NCBI GenBank assembly: GCA_963718615.1
Contig: OY970368.1
Span: forward strand, 3,424,001-3,488,000
Reading direction: 5' to 3'
Origin: an uncultured cyanobacterium
GTDB taxonomy: Bacteria > Cyanobacteriota > Cyanobacteriia > PCC-9006 > JAAUQQ01
Length of the DNA stretch: 64,000 nt
Made by a program: the position numbers and the translations under genes
Notes under the pieces: model-generated
Told to the model about the DNA's origin: nothing
Databases searched by the model: none
The model's input: the letters and a program-made list of their open reading frames with translations, nothing else
In this document: piece by piece, positions 1 through 10,600 of the stretch
Position numbering within the stretch: position 1 is the stretch's first letter
How the letters are laid out: every line of letters starts with the position of its first letter

Positions 1-234
1 TTTCAGAATGAGCTGGACCGCCTGGTCAACTTCGGGTTCGTAATCGGTGGAGCCATACTGACTGTTGAGATCGCTAATCACCGCGATCTGCGTTTTAGAC
101 CGCGTTTTTGGCTGTCTATCGGACGGCTGGTCTGGGTAGACTTGGCCCTGTAATCGCTGCTGCCCCAACCCCAAACCCCAAACCCCCGCAGCGGCTGTGG
201 TTAATGCTAAAAAGTGGCGACGGGAAAAAGACAT
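1..234 (-). CDS. Tat-exported metallophosphoesterase, N-terminal part (runs off the window edge)
   Basis: Not in the ORF track. Manual translation from ATG 234: MSFSRRHFLALTTAAAGVWGLGLG...QIAVISDLNSQYGSTDYEPEV. It has a twin-arginine motif SRRHFL plus a hydrophobic stretch, then the first metallophosphoesterase strand (IAVISDxN). Confidence 0.75.
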   Translation of the reverse strand, partial: MSFSRRHFLALTTAAAGVWGLGLGQQRLQGQVYPDQPSDRQPKTRSKTQIAVISDLNSQYGSTDYEPEVDQAVQLILK

Positions 235-255
235 ACAGCAACCATTGCCAGGGGG

Positions 256-864
256 CTAAAACAAACCATTCCGGCGACTGCTGGACCGGAACCCCATTTG
301 CGATCGCCCTAGGTCAATCCGACAGCCGGTCGCCTTAATTAACGGTTCTGCTGAGACAAAGTTGCAACGATAGCTCGCTAAGGCAGCACCACGGGTATCA
401 AAAATCTCTGTTCCATAGCCAAAGTCCCGCGCCGCTAGACCAAAGGAATTGACAAACTCATAGCGCGTAAAATAATCCAGAAGGCTCCAAGCCTGGGGAT
501 TGACAATTAGCTGAACCTTGCCTGCTTCCCCAGCAACTTCACGGGTTGCGATCCAGTTATTGACCAGTTTCTTGTTTTTCAGTTGGGAGGCCAGTTCCTC
601 TTGGGTCCACCACAGACTCGGGGGGGTCAATCCCTGCTGGCAGACGGTGTCAGCCGTAAATCTTGTTCCGGCAGGATAGTCCGCCGCCGTCGCCGCACAA
701 ACCATCGTTAGCTCCGCTGGTTCACCGGAGAGATTGGGAGAGAGAGGCTGGATGGCTAGTTTTTCCTGTGCCCCTACAAAGGACTGACCAACCAACAGAC
801 CGCCCAAAAGGCCCAAGCCGCTGGGAAGCAAGGTGCGGGCAGCGCTGACAACAGAAAAAGACAT
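256..864 (-). CDS. Conserved-type cyanobacterial hypothetical protein with N-terminal signal/TM segment
   Basis: 202-aa ORF with a hydrophobic N-terminus and motifs PSLWW and WSLLDYFTRYEFVNSFG; co-oriented with its neighbours. Confidence 0.65.
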   Translation of the reverse strand: MSFSVVSAARTLLPSGLGLLGGLLVGQSFVGAQEKLAIQPLSPNLSGEPAELTMVCAATAADYPAGTRFTADTVCQQGLTPPSLWWTQEELASQLKNKKLVNNWIATREVAGEAGKVQLIVNPQAWSLLDYFTRYEFVNSFGLAARDFGYGTEIFDTRGAALASYRCNFVSAEPLIKATGCRIDLGRSQMGFRSSSRRNGLF

Positions 865-893
865 ATTGAAAATCGGTGAACGACGGTGTTGAA

Positions 894-1400
894 CTACCAG
901 CTTGAGCGGATGCGGCCTGTTCTCAAATCAAATTGCCCTGCAGGCCGATCCTGGGAACGGCTTTGCCAGGACCGTTTTCCTTGACTAGCATCTTCCAAAA
1001 CGGTTTCCAACACATCCGGAAGATTATCCCAATCGAGCTCTGGCTGCTGCAAAATTCTCCGCATTGCCCGCAAGGCGCGTTGGGCTTTATCGTCCACCTG
1101 AATATCAAGGGGCACTGCATGTCTGAGGGGGTCACGCTCCACTGCTGCAATTCCCTGACGGACGGCGACCTGAATGTCCTTAGCCAGTTCGTGACGCGCC
1201 TTGTGCTCCTGAAATTCGTAGCCTTTCGCGCTGTTGGCATAGAGCGGAGACAAGCGGTTCAGTGCGTAGGTAATCACCTGCTCAGGCTTGAGGAAAGCGA
1301 GCTTTTTCGCCGTGACCAGCCCTAGCTGACGCTCCACCTCTTCGCTCACCAGCCTCTCCATCACATTGATCCATGTGGGTTGGGTTGAGACTTTTTTCAT
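894..1400 (-). CDS. ComFB (late competence development) family protein
   Basis: INVMERLVSEEV...VITYALNRLSPLYANS matches the ComFB-family pattern NxME...ALNxLPxxY. Confidence 0.85.
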   Translation of the reverse strand: MKKVSTQPTWINVMERLVSEEVERQLGLVTAKKLAFLKPEQVITYALNRLSPLYANSAKGYEFQEHKARHELAKDIQVAVRQGIAAVERDPLRHAVPLDIQVDDKAQRALRAMRRILQQPELDWDNLPDVLETVLEDASQGKRSWQSRSQDRPAGQFDLRTGRIRSSW

Positions 1401-1690
1401 GGAATACCCTGCAATCTTGTAAATAAACGGGTCGTGGATAGAGGATCCATTTTGCGCGATCGCTCATAGAAAGAACTCGGTCACGAAAAAAAGTCACCCT
1501 GATGATGCTCTAGTCCAAATATAGCGGTTTTCACCAGGAATGCTTGGAGGCTTCTAGCTCTTTATACCAGGTTGTCCTTCTCCCTATGGGCAAAAGCGCT
1601 GAGGGTTCAAGCAGGCTTCACAGAAAACTGGTGAACGTTTGTCGAAAGGGTCAAAATCTATCTGGAGAGAGGATCTACGCCCGGAGATCT

Positions 1691-2134
1691 CTAAGCCGTT
1701 TTGCGGTGGCGAGCTGCAACCTGGGCGAGGGCATGCTTAACCGCTGGCACCAGATTAGTCCAGTTCAGATTGGAGTAACCCAGAAACGTTGAAAGCTCCG
1801 TTAGGGCTCGTTGGGCATCGAACAAATTAGAGTCTGGGGAACAGAGCCGATTATCGTGGCGATCGGGCGCTTGGTGAACCACCATCATCCCTTGGCAAAC
1901 GGCATTGGCAATTTGAGGGGCTAATTCTTTTTGGGCACGGGTCTGTTGCCACTGCCACCCTGCTTCTGTGGTGGCATAGAGGGAGGGCAGAGAATTGAGC
2001 GCGTAGGCAATCACATCATCAGCGTTAACCATCTGAGCTACGCTGGGCGAGATTTGCTGCATCTGTCGCTGCACTTCCTGCACGACCAAAGGTTCCATCG
2101 CGTTGCGGTAGGTTTTGGAGGGCGGATTGATCAT
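1691..2134 (-). CDS. ComFB family protein (paralogue)
   Basis: YRNAMEPLVVQEV...DVIAYALNSLPSLYATT; same motif as 894-1400. Confidence 0.85.
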   Translation of the reverse strand: MINPPSKTYRNAMEPLVVQEVQRQMQQISPSVAQMVNADDVIAYALNSLPSLYATTEAGWQWQQTRAQKELAPQIANAVCQGMMVVHQAPDRHDNRLCSPDSNLFDAQRALTELSTFLGYSNLNWTNLVPAVKHALAQVAARHRKTA

Positions 2135-2295
2135 GGCAGTGGAGAAGAAAGGCTGCTGAAGTACTGCGTACCTCAGCAGCTCATATGGGTGTTGTGAAGT
2201 AGTGGAGAACGGGGGTTGTTCTGTTAACTTTTACACCCTATACAGAGGGGGTCAGGAAACTCGTTACTGAAGGGAATGTTGGGTGAAATTATGAT

Positions 2296-3420
2296 CTATC
2301 CCCACAACCGTCGGCGATCGGGGCCATTGAGGCGTTCATGGGTATCTCTGAGCAGTTGGGGAATATTGAGCGCTTCTGGACACCGGGGTAAACAATCTCC
2401 GCAATCGGTGCAGTGCTGGGCTTTGCGGCCCGGAAACCAATGGCCCGCCTGCTCAAACATGCGGTAGCGGTATTGGCCAAACGGGGTCATGTCGTAGGCG
2501 ATCGCCAAGTTGCGCAGCCGCAGCACTTCAGGAATCTGAATCGCCTCGGGGCAGGGTAAGCAGGCATAGCATTGACTGCATTGCTCTAGGCCAAGGGCGG
2601 TTTGGCGCTGGCGATCGAGGCGATCGAGGACCATTTGTTCGGTGGCAGTGAGGGGGCCGTCGTGATCGGCGATCGCCAAGGCGGCGTCCAGTTCTGCGGG
2701 GTGGGCGGCCCCGAGGCTGAGGGTGGTAATGCGGGGGTCGCTGAGTAAGAATCGATAGTTGAGCTGTTGCGGGGAAAAAGGAGCGCAGAGGGTTCGCAAC
2801 TGCTCGGGGGGGGCGTAGAGTTGGCCCCCTTTATCGGTGGGGGAGATGATGAAAATTCCCAGATCGAGGTTTTGGGCGAGGGCGATCGCCGGAGCATGGC
2901 GTTGAAAGAAGAGATAGTAGTGCAAATTCACGAAATCAAAGCGATTCGTTTGGATCGCATCCAGAATTAAGGCCAAGCTGCCATGGGTCGAAAACCCAAG
3001 ATGTCGCACCAGTCCCTCTCTCCGGGCCTGCTCAAGGGCAGCCAAGGCTCCATCCGGTGCGAGGGCAGCCTGCAAATGGCTGTCTAAATTGATGCCGTGC
3101 AACGCCACACAGTCCACCCCATCGATTTGCAGGCGATTCAAGGATTCTTCAAGGGTTTGGCGGGTTTGAGCCGCATTTGCCGTTGGTGAGAGCTTGGTTG
3201 TAATCACGACTGACTCACGGGGCACTTGCAGGGATTGCAAGGCTTGGCCGATAAAGCGTTCGCTCTCTCCATAGCCCCGCGCAGTTTCGAGGTGATTAAT
3301 GCCTGACCGTAGGGCCTGGGCGAGCGTCACCTGAGCGGCCTGGGCTGAGGCCAAACGCATCGTCCCTAGGGAAAAAACCGAGAGCTGGAGATGGGTGCGG
3401 CCAAACCGTCGATATCGCAT
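2296..3420 (-). CDS. Aldo/keto reductase with C-terminal 4Fe-4S dicluster domain
   Basis: MRYRRFGRT..LSVFSLGTMR, GINHLETARGYG, GFSTHG, and CSQCYACLPCP / CTDCGDCLPRCP. Start moved to the MRYRR Met. Confidence 0.9.
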   Translation of the reverse strand: MRYRRFGRTHLQLSVFSLGTMRLASAQAAQVTLAQALRSGINHLETARGYGESERFIGQALQSLQVPRESVVITTKLSPTANAAQTRQTLEESLNRLQIDGVDCVALHGINLDSHLQAALAPDGALAALEQARREGLVRHLGFSTHGSLALILDAIQTNRFDFVNLHYYLFFQRHAPAIALAQNLDLGIFIISPTDKGGQLYAPPEQLRTLCAPFSPQQLNYRFLLSDPRITTLSLGAAHPAELDAALAIADHDGPLTATEQMVLDRLDRQRQTALGLEQCSQCYACLPCPEAIQIPEVLRLRNLAIAYDMTPFGQYRYRMFEQAGHWFPGRKAQHCTDCGDCLPRCPEALNIPQLLRDTHERLNGPDRRRLWG

Positions 3421-3444
3421 GGCCTCAAGGGTCGACCTCATCGA

Positions 3445-3924
3445 CTAAAACTGGGCAAAATCACCTGGGCTAATGGTATCGAGAAACTGGCGGAACGCTC
3501 GCCGCTCTTCCTCATCTGCATCCCGATCCGCCGGAATTGAGGCATCGGCAATCACCTCTTCCATCACCCAAATCGGCGCATTGGTGCGCAGCGCCAGGAC
3601 AATGGCATCACTGGGACGGGCGTCAATATCTTTCTTGGCCTTATCCTTTTGTACCTGCAGAACCGCAAAGTAGGTATTATCTTGCAGGGAATGAATCACA
3701 ATGCGTTCAACGACCAGCTCCCATTCCTCCAGGATCTTCACCATGAGATCATGGGTCAAAGGACGCACGGATGTTTGCTGCTCAATGGCAAGCTTAATCG
3801 CCTTGGCCTGCTCTTGGCTGATCCAGATAGGCAATGCTCGACGCCCCTCTGTATCGATCAACATGACGATGGGGCTCATGGTTGCGGCATCAAAAGCGAT
3901 CCCGTCAACTTTCATCTCAATCAT
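3445..3924 (-). CDS. Bifunctional nuclease family protein (DUF151)
   Basis: MIEMKVDGI...RALPIWI...RPLTHDL...DARPSDAIVLALR. A GGAG RBS precedes ATG 3924. Confidence 0.9.
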   Translation of the reverse strand: MIEMKVDGIAFDAATMSPIVMLIDTEGRRALPIWISQEQAKAIKLAIEQQTSVRPLTHDLMVKILEEWELVVERIVIHSLQDNTYFAVLQVQKDKAKKDIDARPSDAIVLALRTNAPIWVMEEVIADASIPADRDADEEERRAFRQFLDTISPGDFAQF

Positions 3925-4053
3925 GGCTCCGCCTCTGAACTCCCAAGAGCTAAAGAAAGGCAACGTCTTCATTATGACGGCCATTGCCCCCGGTTTGATG
4001 CAATTTGGTAATTCTTTTATGAAATCTCGAAAATCTAGCGGGAGGATGGGGCC

Positions 4054-4782
4054 ATGTTTACGGGTTTGATTCAGGGCTTAGGCTATCTCAAAGCGTTAAA
4101 TGCTTACCAGTTGCAGATCGACTGCGCTGATCAACCGGAGCAATCAGCCGCGCTGATTTTGGTGGATTTGGCCCTTGGGGATAGCGTGGCGGTTAATGGG
4201 GCCTGTTTGACGGTGGAGAAAATTTTGCCGCGAGGGTTTATTGTCTCCATTTCGCCCGAAACTTTGCGCCGCACAACCTTGGGTGAAAATCCCGCTGGAC
4301 TGCCGGTCAACCTAGAAACGTCTTTACGGGTGGGGAGTAAGCTGGGGGGACATTTTGTTTCGGGCCACGTGGATGGTCAAGCGACGTTGGCCAGTGCGCA
4401 ATCGACGGCAACCTCTTGGGAGATGCGGTTTACTCAGGTGAGTCCAGCCCTGCGTCCCTATTTGCTCGAAAAGGGGAGTATCGCGGTGAATGGGGTGAGT
4501 TTGACGATCGCCACCTGCGCTCCCAGGGGTGAGTGGTTTACGGTGGCCGTGATTCCCCATACCTACGCCTTAACGAATCTGCACTGCCTCAGCCCCGACA
4601 GTCCGGTCAATTTGGAAGCGGATCTGCTAGGCAAGTATGTGCATCGGCTACTCCAGTGGCCTTTGTCTTCAGGAGGTACATCGGCTGGTGGCTTTGATGG
4701 TGATGCCTTGGATGGTAATGCTCCGATGGCTAGACCCCAGGGAATTACAGCGGATTTTTTGGGGGAGCATGGTTATCTTTGA
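4054..4782 (+). CDS. ribE: Riboflavin synthase (alpha chain)
   Basis: MFTGLIQ start, GDSVAVNGACLTV, GGHFVSGHVDG, KGSIAVNGVSLT, VNLEADLLGKYV. Confidence 0.95.
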   Translation: MFTGLIQGLGYLKALNAYQLQIDCADQPEQSAALILVDLALGDSVAVNGACLTVEKILPRGFIVSISPETLRRTTLGENPAGLPVNLETSLRVGSKLGGHFVSGHVDGQATLASAQSTATSWEMRFTQVSPALRPYLLEKGSIAVNGVSLTIATCAPRGEWFTVAVIPHTYALTNLHCLSPDSPVNLEADLLGKYVHRLLQWPLSSGGTSAGGFDGDALDGNAPMARPQGITADFLGEHGYL

Positions 4783-5018
4783 AAAGGCCATAAATTAAAC
4801 CCATTCGTTGCAAAAATTTCAAACTGATTAATTTCTGTGAGCCTTTCTGTCAGCATTGGGGTGGGGCGATCGCCCAGGGCTCCAGTCCATCCAGTATCTT
4901 GGATACCATTCACAATTTTTTTCGATGGATTTCGATGGATTTCGACGGATGATGTGGGCGGCGCGTCCGTCACCGTGTGTTTTTTGCTGTTTTATAAGAT
5001 ATTTCTTCGATTAATTCC

Positions 5019-5603
5019 ATGGCTTATTACTGGTTTAAGGCGTTTCACCTAGTTGGCATCGTTTCCTGGTTTGCAGGAATGTTTTATTTGCCTCGGCTGT
5101 TTGTCTATCACGCGGAAGCCTCCGAGCAGCCAGAACCGGCCCAGAGCATTCTCAAAAGCCAATACCAAATTATGGAAAAGCGGCTCTATCGGATCATCAT
5201 GACACCGGCCATGCTGCTTACCGTGGCCATGGGGGTGAGCCTGATTGTCACCGAGCCGGGTTTGCTGCACGATACCTGGCTCCATGTGAAGCTGACCTGC
5301 GTGGCAATTTTGCTGGGCTACCACCATTACTGCGGTCGCATCATGAAAAAACTGGCGGCTAATGAATGTGCCATGACCGGTCAGCAATTTCGCTGGTTTA
5401 ATGAGTTTCCCACAGTCTTTTTTGTGATTGTGGTGATGCTGGCGGTCTTTAAAGGTAACTTTCCCACCAGTGCAGCCAGTTGGAGTATTTTTGCCATGAT
5501 TGTGGCCATGGCTGCCGTGATTCAGCTCTATGCCCGCAAGCGTCGTCTCGATCGCGAACAGCAGGCGGCCAGTCCCGCTACGACCCTCGAAAATGCCTCA
5601 TGA
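5019..5603 (+). CDS. hemJ: Protoporphyrinogen oxidase HemJ
   Basis: WFKAFHLVGIVSWFAGMFYLPRLFVYH...MEKRLY..IMTPAM...FRWFNEFPT. Confidence 0.95.
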   Translation: MAYYWFKAFHLVGIVSWFAGMFYLPRLFVYHAEASEQPEPAQSILKSQYQIMEKRLYRIIMTPAMLLTVAMGVSLIVTEPGLLHDTWLHVKLTCVAILLGYHHYCGRIMKKLAANECAMTGQQFRWFNEFPTVFFVIVVMLAVFKGNFPTSAASWSIFAMIVAMAAVIQLYARKRRLDREQQAASPATTLENAS

Positions 5604-5907
5604 CCTGCCTTTGGTGTTGGTTCATGGGAGACAGTTTGTTGGGGGGCGATCGCTTAACTTAGGGCAATGGATTGCAATGGGTCATGGCGTAATTTTCGAA
5701 ATGTAATTTTCGAAACCCTGGACCTTGAAACTGTAGGCTTGAAAGTGGGCGATTTGTTGAGATTCGCTACAATGGATCTTCTATTCGGTCGTTACCTGCT
5801 TTTCCAACCTTTTGAATCCTGTTGGTTTGTTCTATGGGTTTGAATGCGCTTGGTTAGACTGTTGGTCAGAGCCCGTTCCCGTCGCTTTGCATTTCCCTTA
5901 AAGAATC

Positions 5908-6618
5908 GTGACTCGCTTAAGCCTTGATTTTGCGCCTCGACAATCTCCTTTAACTCCACAGGCTAAGAAGCTGTGGCAAGTTTTCGAGGGAATTGAGGCG
6001 GAGAGCTGTCCGCGAGTCTATAACTTTCACATGCATACGGTCCATTCCGATGGTCAGCTTCACCCCCAGGAGGTGATGGAGCAAGCCATGGAAATTGGCC
6101 TGCACGGCATGGCGATTACGGATCATCACAGCATCGAGGGCTATTGGGCGGCAGATCGATGGGTGCAAAATTTGCGCTGGAAATGGGGAAATCGGGTCAA
6201 GCCCCCAAAACTCTGGACGGGCGTTGAAATCAATGCTGAACTTTGTAGCGCAGAGGTCCATATTCTCGGCTATGCCTTTGATCCGGAGGGTCTATCACTC
6301 CGTCCTTATCTTCAAAGTCGGGTTTCTAAAGGCATTTGTCACCGGGCTCCAGTGGTGGTTGAAGCGATTCAGCAGGCCGGTGGCATTGCCATCTTGGCCC
6401 ATCCCGCTCGCTATCGACGCCCGCTCCCCAAACTCATTGCTGCCGCTGTAGAGTGTGGCATTGATGGCGTGGAGGCCTACTACGCCTATGACAATCCTTC
6501 GCCCTGGCGCTCTAGCGAGGAACAGACGGCAGAGGTCTGCCGCCTAGCGAAGCAGTACCACCTCTTGAGTAGTTGTGGGACAGATACCCACGGTAAGAGC
6601 TTACTCAAGCGGATCTAG
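5908..6618 (+). CDS. PHP domain phosphoesterase
   Basis: FHMHTVHSDG, AITDHH, GVEI, HILGY, LAHPARY, GTDTHG. Confidence 0.9.
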   Translation: MTRLSLDFAPRQSPLTPQAKKLWQVFEGIEAESCPRVYNFHMHTVHSDGQLHPQEVMEQAMEIGLHGMAITDHHSIEGYWAADRWVQNLRWKWGNRVKPPKLWTGVEINAELCSAEVHILGYAFDPEGLSLRPYLQSRVSKGICHRAPVVVEAIQQAGGIAILAHPARYRRPLPKLIAAAVECGIDGVEAYYAYDNPSPWRSSEEQTAEVCRLAKQYHLLSSCGTDTHGKSLLKRI

Positions 6619-6644
6619 GTCTCTTCTAGCGCGTTGAACGATCT

Positions 6645-6752
6645 TCACAGAACACCGGATGCCATGGTCATTAGGGTTAGGAGCCCGATGCTGACGATGA
6701 GTAATCCGAGCACTAAGCTGATGAGATTGCCAGGGGTTTTTGAAATGTTCAT
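6645..6752 (-). CDS. Putative 35-aa single-pass membrane microprotein
   Basis: Manual translation MNISKTPGNLISLVLGLLIVSIGLLTLMTMASGVL*, with a GAGGGA RBS 7 nt before the ATG. Below the ORF-track size cutoff. Confidence 0.6.
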   Translation of the reverse strand: MNISKTPGNLISLVLGLLIVSIGLLTLMTMASGVL

Positions 6753-6821
6753 GGTGTGATTCCCTCAGGAATGGGCGTGATGTAGAGGCGATCGGACAGA
6801 AATCTGAGAAGAAATTCACAA

Positions 6822-6849
6822 ACTGTATCCGACTGTGTCTATCTGTAAC
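6822..6849 (-). promoter_or_regulatory. HLR1 (RpaB-binding)-like direct repeats
   Basis: Minus strand GTTACAGA-ta-GACACAGT-cg-GATACAGT with a 10-nt period, resembling (G/T)TTACA(T/A)(T/A)-N2 repeats. Confidence 0.4.
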
Positions 6850-7099
6850 GATAGCGATCGCTCTCCCAAAGCTTCACCAAGATTGCGGTTTCGCGATTAA
6901 ACGTTAGGGATCAACGCAATCGAGAGAGTCATTGCTGCGATCGCCCCTTCTCATAAAACTGGGCCTTTCAGCAGGCTTAAAAAGGGCTTAAAGCCAACGC
7001 CCATCTACTTTAAATCCGTAGCCTAGGACTCCTTTTAATTCTTAAGATAAGTTAAGCTTATTTAAGGAATAGTTACTCTCCCTCAGCAACGGACAAGCA

Positions 7100-7507
7100 A
7101 TGACTGGATTTATTCGTGGCCTCTTTGGTGGTGGCAACAAGAACAACGCTCAAAACGGAGATGTCTTTTATCTCGATCAAGATGAAGCGCAGTCTTTAGG
7201 GAATGCGAAATACATGCGCAAGGCCCAAACCATTCGCAGAACCTTCCCCAAGAGTCTAAGCAGCCCGGACAAGAAGGAACTGATTCAGGATGTTTCGGCC
7301 ATGGACAAACAAATTGTGAAGTCCTCAGGAACAATTTTGAGTGCCGGTGGCGTTAAGGCGAAACCTGCGCAGCCTGGATCTGGGGCAAGCTCCGGGGCCA
7401 GCAATACGGCTAATACGGCCAAGAGTAATGGGGCAGCGCCTCAGCCTCGGCGTTTGGATACTAATCTGGACATGTTCCGTAAGATGGCGAAGGACGTCCG
7501 TAAGTAG
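7100..7507 (+). CDS. Cyanobacterial hypothetical protein
   Basis: 135-aa ORF with motifs FYLDQDEAQSLGNAKYMR..IRRTFPK and C-terminal DTNLDMFRKMAKDV; it has its own AT-rich upstream region. Confidence 0.8.
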   Translation: MTGFIRGLFGGGNKNNAQNGDVFYLDQDEAQSLGNAKYMRKAQTIRRTFPKSLSSPDKKELIQDVSAMDKQIVKSSGTILSAGGVKAKPAQPGSGASSGASNTANTAKSNGAAPQPRRLDTNLDMFRKMAKDVRK

Positions 7508-7611
7508 GGACAGGTGATTGCGTTAGACCGACAACGGTTCAGCAAGGTTTAGCAACCAAACAATCAACCAGACAATTTTTTAGCGTTTCGTTTTTTTAGC
7601 GTTTCGGTGGA

Positions 7612-10600
7612 CTAATTTAAACTGCGGGTTTCGATCTGCTCTTCGGCTTGGAGGGCGATCGCCCGCAGTTTTTCTATGAGTTCCCCATCCGGGTTTTTCC
7701 ACAGCCCCCGCTGACCCGCTTCAAGCAAGCGCTCGGCCATATCCCGCAAGGCCCAGGGATTATGTTGCTGGACAAAGGCTTGAACCGTTGGATCGAGGAG
7801 ATAGGTCTGGGCCACGCCTGCGTACATATGGTCTTCGACGCAGTGGGTCGTAGCGTCGTAGGCGAAGAGGTAATCGACAGTAGCAGCCAGTTCAAAGGCT
7901 CCTTTGTAACCGTGGCGCATCACTCCGGTGATCCATTTGGGATTGACGACGCGGGAGCGATAGACTCGGGCAATCTCTTCGGAGAGTGGGCGAACTTTGG
8001 GATTTTCAGGTCGGGCATGATCACCGAAGTAGACCGTAGGATTTTGACCTTGAACCGTGCGCACAGCGGCGGTGAGCCCCCCTTGAAATTGGTAGTAGTC
8101 GTCGGAATCCAGCAGGTCATGTTCGCGATTGTCCTGGTTGTGGAGGACAATTTGCAGGGTTTTGAGGCGCTGCTGGAAGGCTTCTGGGGCGGCGTGGCCT
8201 GGGGAGGCTCCAGAACCAGAACCAGACCCGTAGGCGTAGCTGCTCCAGTTGATGTAGGCCTGGGCGAGGTCGCGATCGCTCTCCCAGTTCTGCGCTTCAA
8301 TCAGTCCTTGCAGTCCGGCTCCATAGGCACCGGGTTTGGAACCGAAGATGCGGTATTGCGATCGCCGCTGGGCCTGGTCCGGGGATAACCCTTGCCCTTG
8401 CCAATCTTGGGTTTCTTGGCGAACGTGAGCGGCCAGGGGATTTTGCTCGGGCGATTCGTCGAGTTGTGCAACGGCGATCACGGCCTGGTCAAATAAATCG
8501 ATCAGATTGGGAAAGGCATCGCGGAAAAACCCGGAAATTCGCAAGGTCACGTCAACCCGAGGACGACCCAAAATTGATAGGGGCAAAATTTCAAAATCGA
8601 CGACGCGACGGGCGGGGCCTTCCCAAACGGGGCGAACGCCGAGGAGCGCAAGGGCTTCAGCCAAATCATCGCCACCGGTTCGCATCGTCGCCGTCCCCCA
8701 TAGCGATAGGCCAAGGGTACGGGGATAGTCGCCCTGGTCCTGGGTGTAGCGTTCGATGACCGCTTCGGCAGCACGGCGGCCCACATCCCAGGCGCTTTCG
8801 GTCGGCAGGGCGCGGGTATCGACGGAATAGAAGTTTCGCCCAGTGGGTAAAACGTCACTACGGCCTCGGGTGGGGGCTCCGGAGGGGCCGCTGGGGATGT
8901 ATTGGCCATCGAGGCCGCGCAGGAGGTTGTGGAGTTCGCGATCGGTTTGGCGGAGGCGGGGGAGGAGGTTGTGGCGAATCCAGGTGAGTTCGCGTTGGGT
9001 TTGGGGACCGGGGGTAGGGCTGTGATGGAGGGATGGGGGGATGGGGTCGGGGGGTGGGGTGTTGGGCGTGGAATTGGGGGTGGGGATGAATGGGTTGACC
9101 CAGGCGATGGCTTGTTGTTCGAGGGCTTCGATGCCATCCCCGAGGGTTCGTAGGGGTCCGTGGATACCTTGGCGGTGTAATTGGCGGTGTAATTGGTCGC
9201 GATCGCCCTCGCTTAAAGGTTTACCCATTTCGGCGGTGAGGGGATCGAACTCTAGGTTCCAATCCAGGGCGATCGCCCGAGTTAATCCCAAGCGGCCTGG
9301 GTCGGGGAGGCGGGCGATGGCGATGGCGAGGTCTCGCAACTGGGGGCCTTCGGGGCATTGGCCAAAAATGTGGAGGCCGTCGCGGATTTGGGCTTCTTTA
9401 AGTTCGCAGAGGTAGGTATCCAGGGGCGGGAGGACGGTGGTTTCAAAAGCGTTGGTTAATGGGGCATGGAGCAGATTGGCGGGTAATTCGATCCCTAGGT
9501 CTGTTTGTAAATGGGCGTCATGGAGGGCGGTGAGGAGGCGATCGCGAATAACGCTGACCCGCTTGGGATCGAGCCGCTGGGCGTCGTAATATTCATCGAC
9601 TAAGCTTTCAATTTGGCTGAGGGGTCCGTAGAGTTCGGCGCGGGTCAGGGGGGGCGTCAGGTGGTCGAGGATGACGGCCTGGGCGCGGCGTTTGGCCTGG
9701 GAGCCTTCGCCGGGGTCGTTGACGATGAAGGGATAGAGGTGGGGCAGGGGGCCAAGGGCAACTTCGGGGTAACAAGCTTCGGAGAGGGCGATGCTTTTGC
9801 CGGGGAGCCATTCCAGGTTGCCGTGTTTGCCGACGTGGACGATGGCCTGGGCTTGAAATTGCGATCGCAACCATCGATAAAACGCCAGGTAGGTATGGGT
9901 TGGCTCTAAGTCGGGCGCATGGTAGTTGAGCGATGGATCCTGGTCGTAGCCCCGCGAAGGCTGAATGCCCACGAAGACCGCGCCCAAATCCAGTCCCACC
10001 ACAGGAAATTGCAGGTCGGTGGGCGATGGTGATTCAACCTGAGGCACTCCCCAGCGCTGTTCAATGCCTTGCCGGACGGCTGCCGGTAATTGCAAAAAAT
10101 AGTCTTTGTAGTCTTCCAAAGACAGGCCTTGGAGGATTGGTCGAATGCCTTGGCCTTCCGGGTCGTTCGTTATTCCCGCCGTTAGCCATTCGATCAGCGC
10201 CTGCCCCGACGGGGGAATTCGCGTCAGCTCGTACCCCGCCGCCTGCATGGCCCGCAGAATGCGCACACAGCTTTCCGGTGTATCCAGGCCGACGCCATTG
10301 GCCAAGCGACCATCGCGGGTGGGGTAGTTGGCCAGAACCAGTGCAATGCGACGCTGGGCGATCGGGGTTTGCCGCAGTTGAACCCAGCGGGCGGCCAGTT
10401 CCGCAACGAAAGCAATGCGATCGCCCACGGGCTCATAGGACACCACCTCCGTTTCCAGCCGCTCATCCCGTGCCTGCACCGCCTTAAAGGAAATGGCCCG
10501 CGTAATAATCCGTCCATCGACCTCCGGCAGCGCCACATTCATTGCCATGTCCGCCGGGGAAAGACCCTGCCAGCCCGACCGCCAGCGCTCTTCGGTGCCA

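Noticed and set aside
7648-8388. Long antisense ORFs (also 55134-55847, 58183-58764, 9933-10487, 33904-34359)
   Set aside because: They are shadow frames opposite well-supported genes and have no recognisable motifs.
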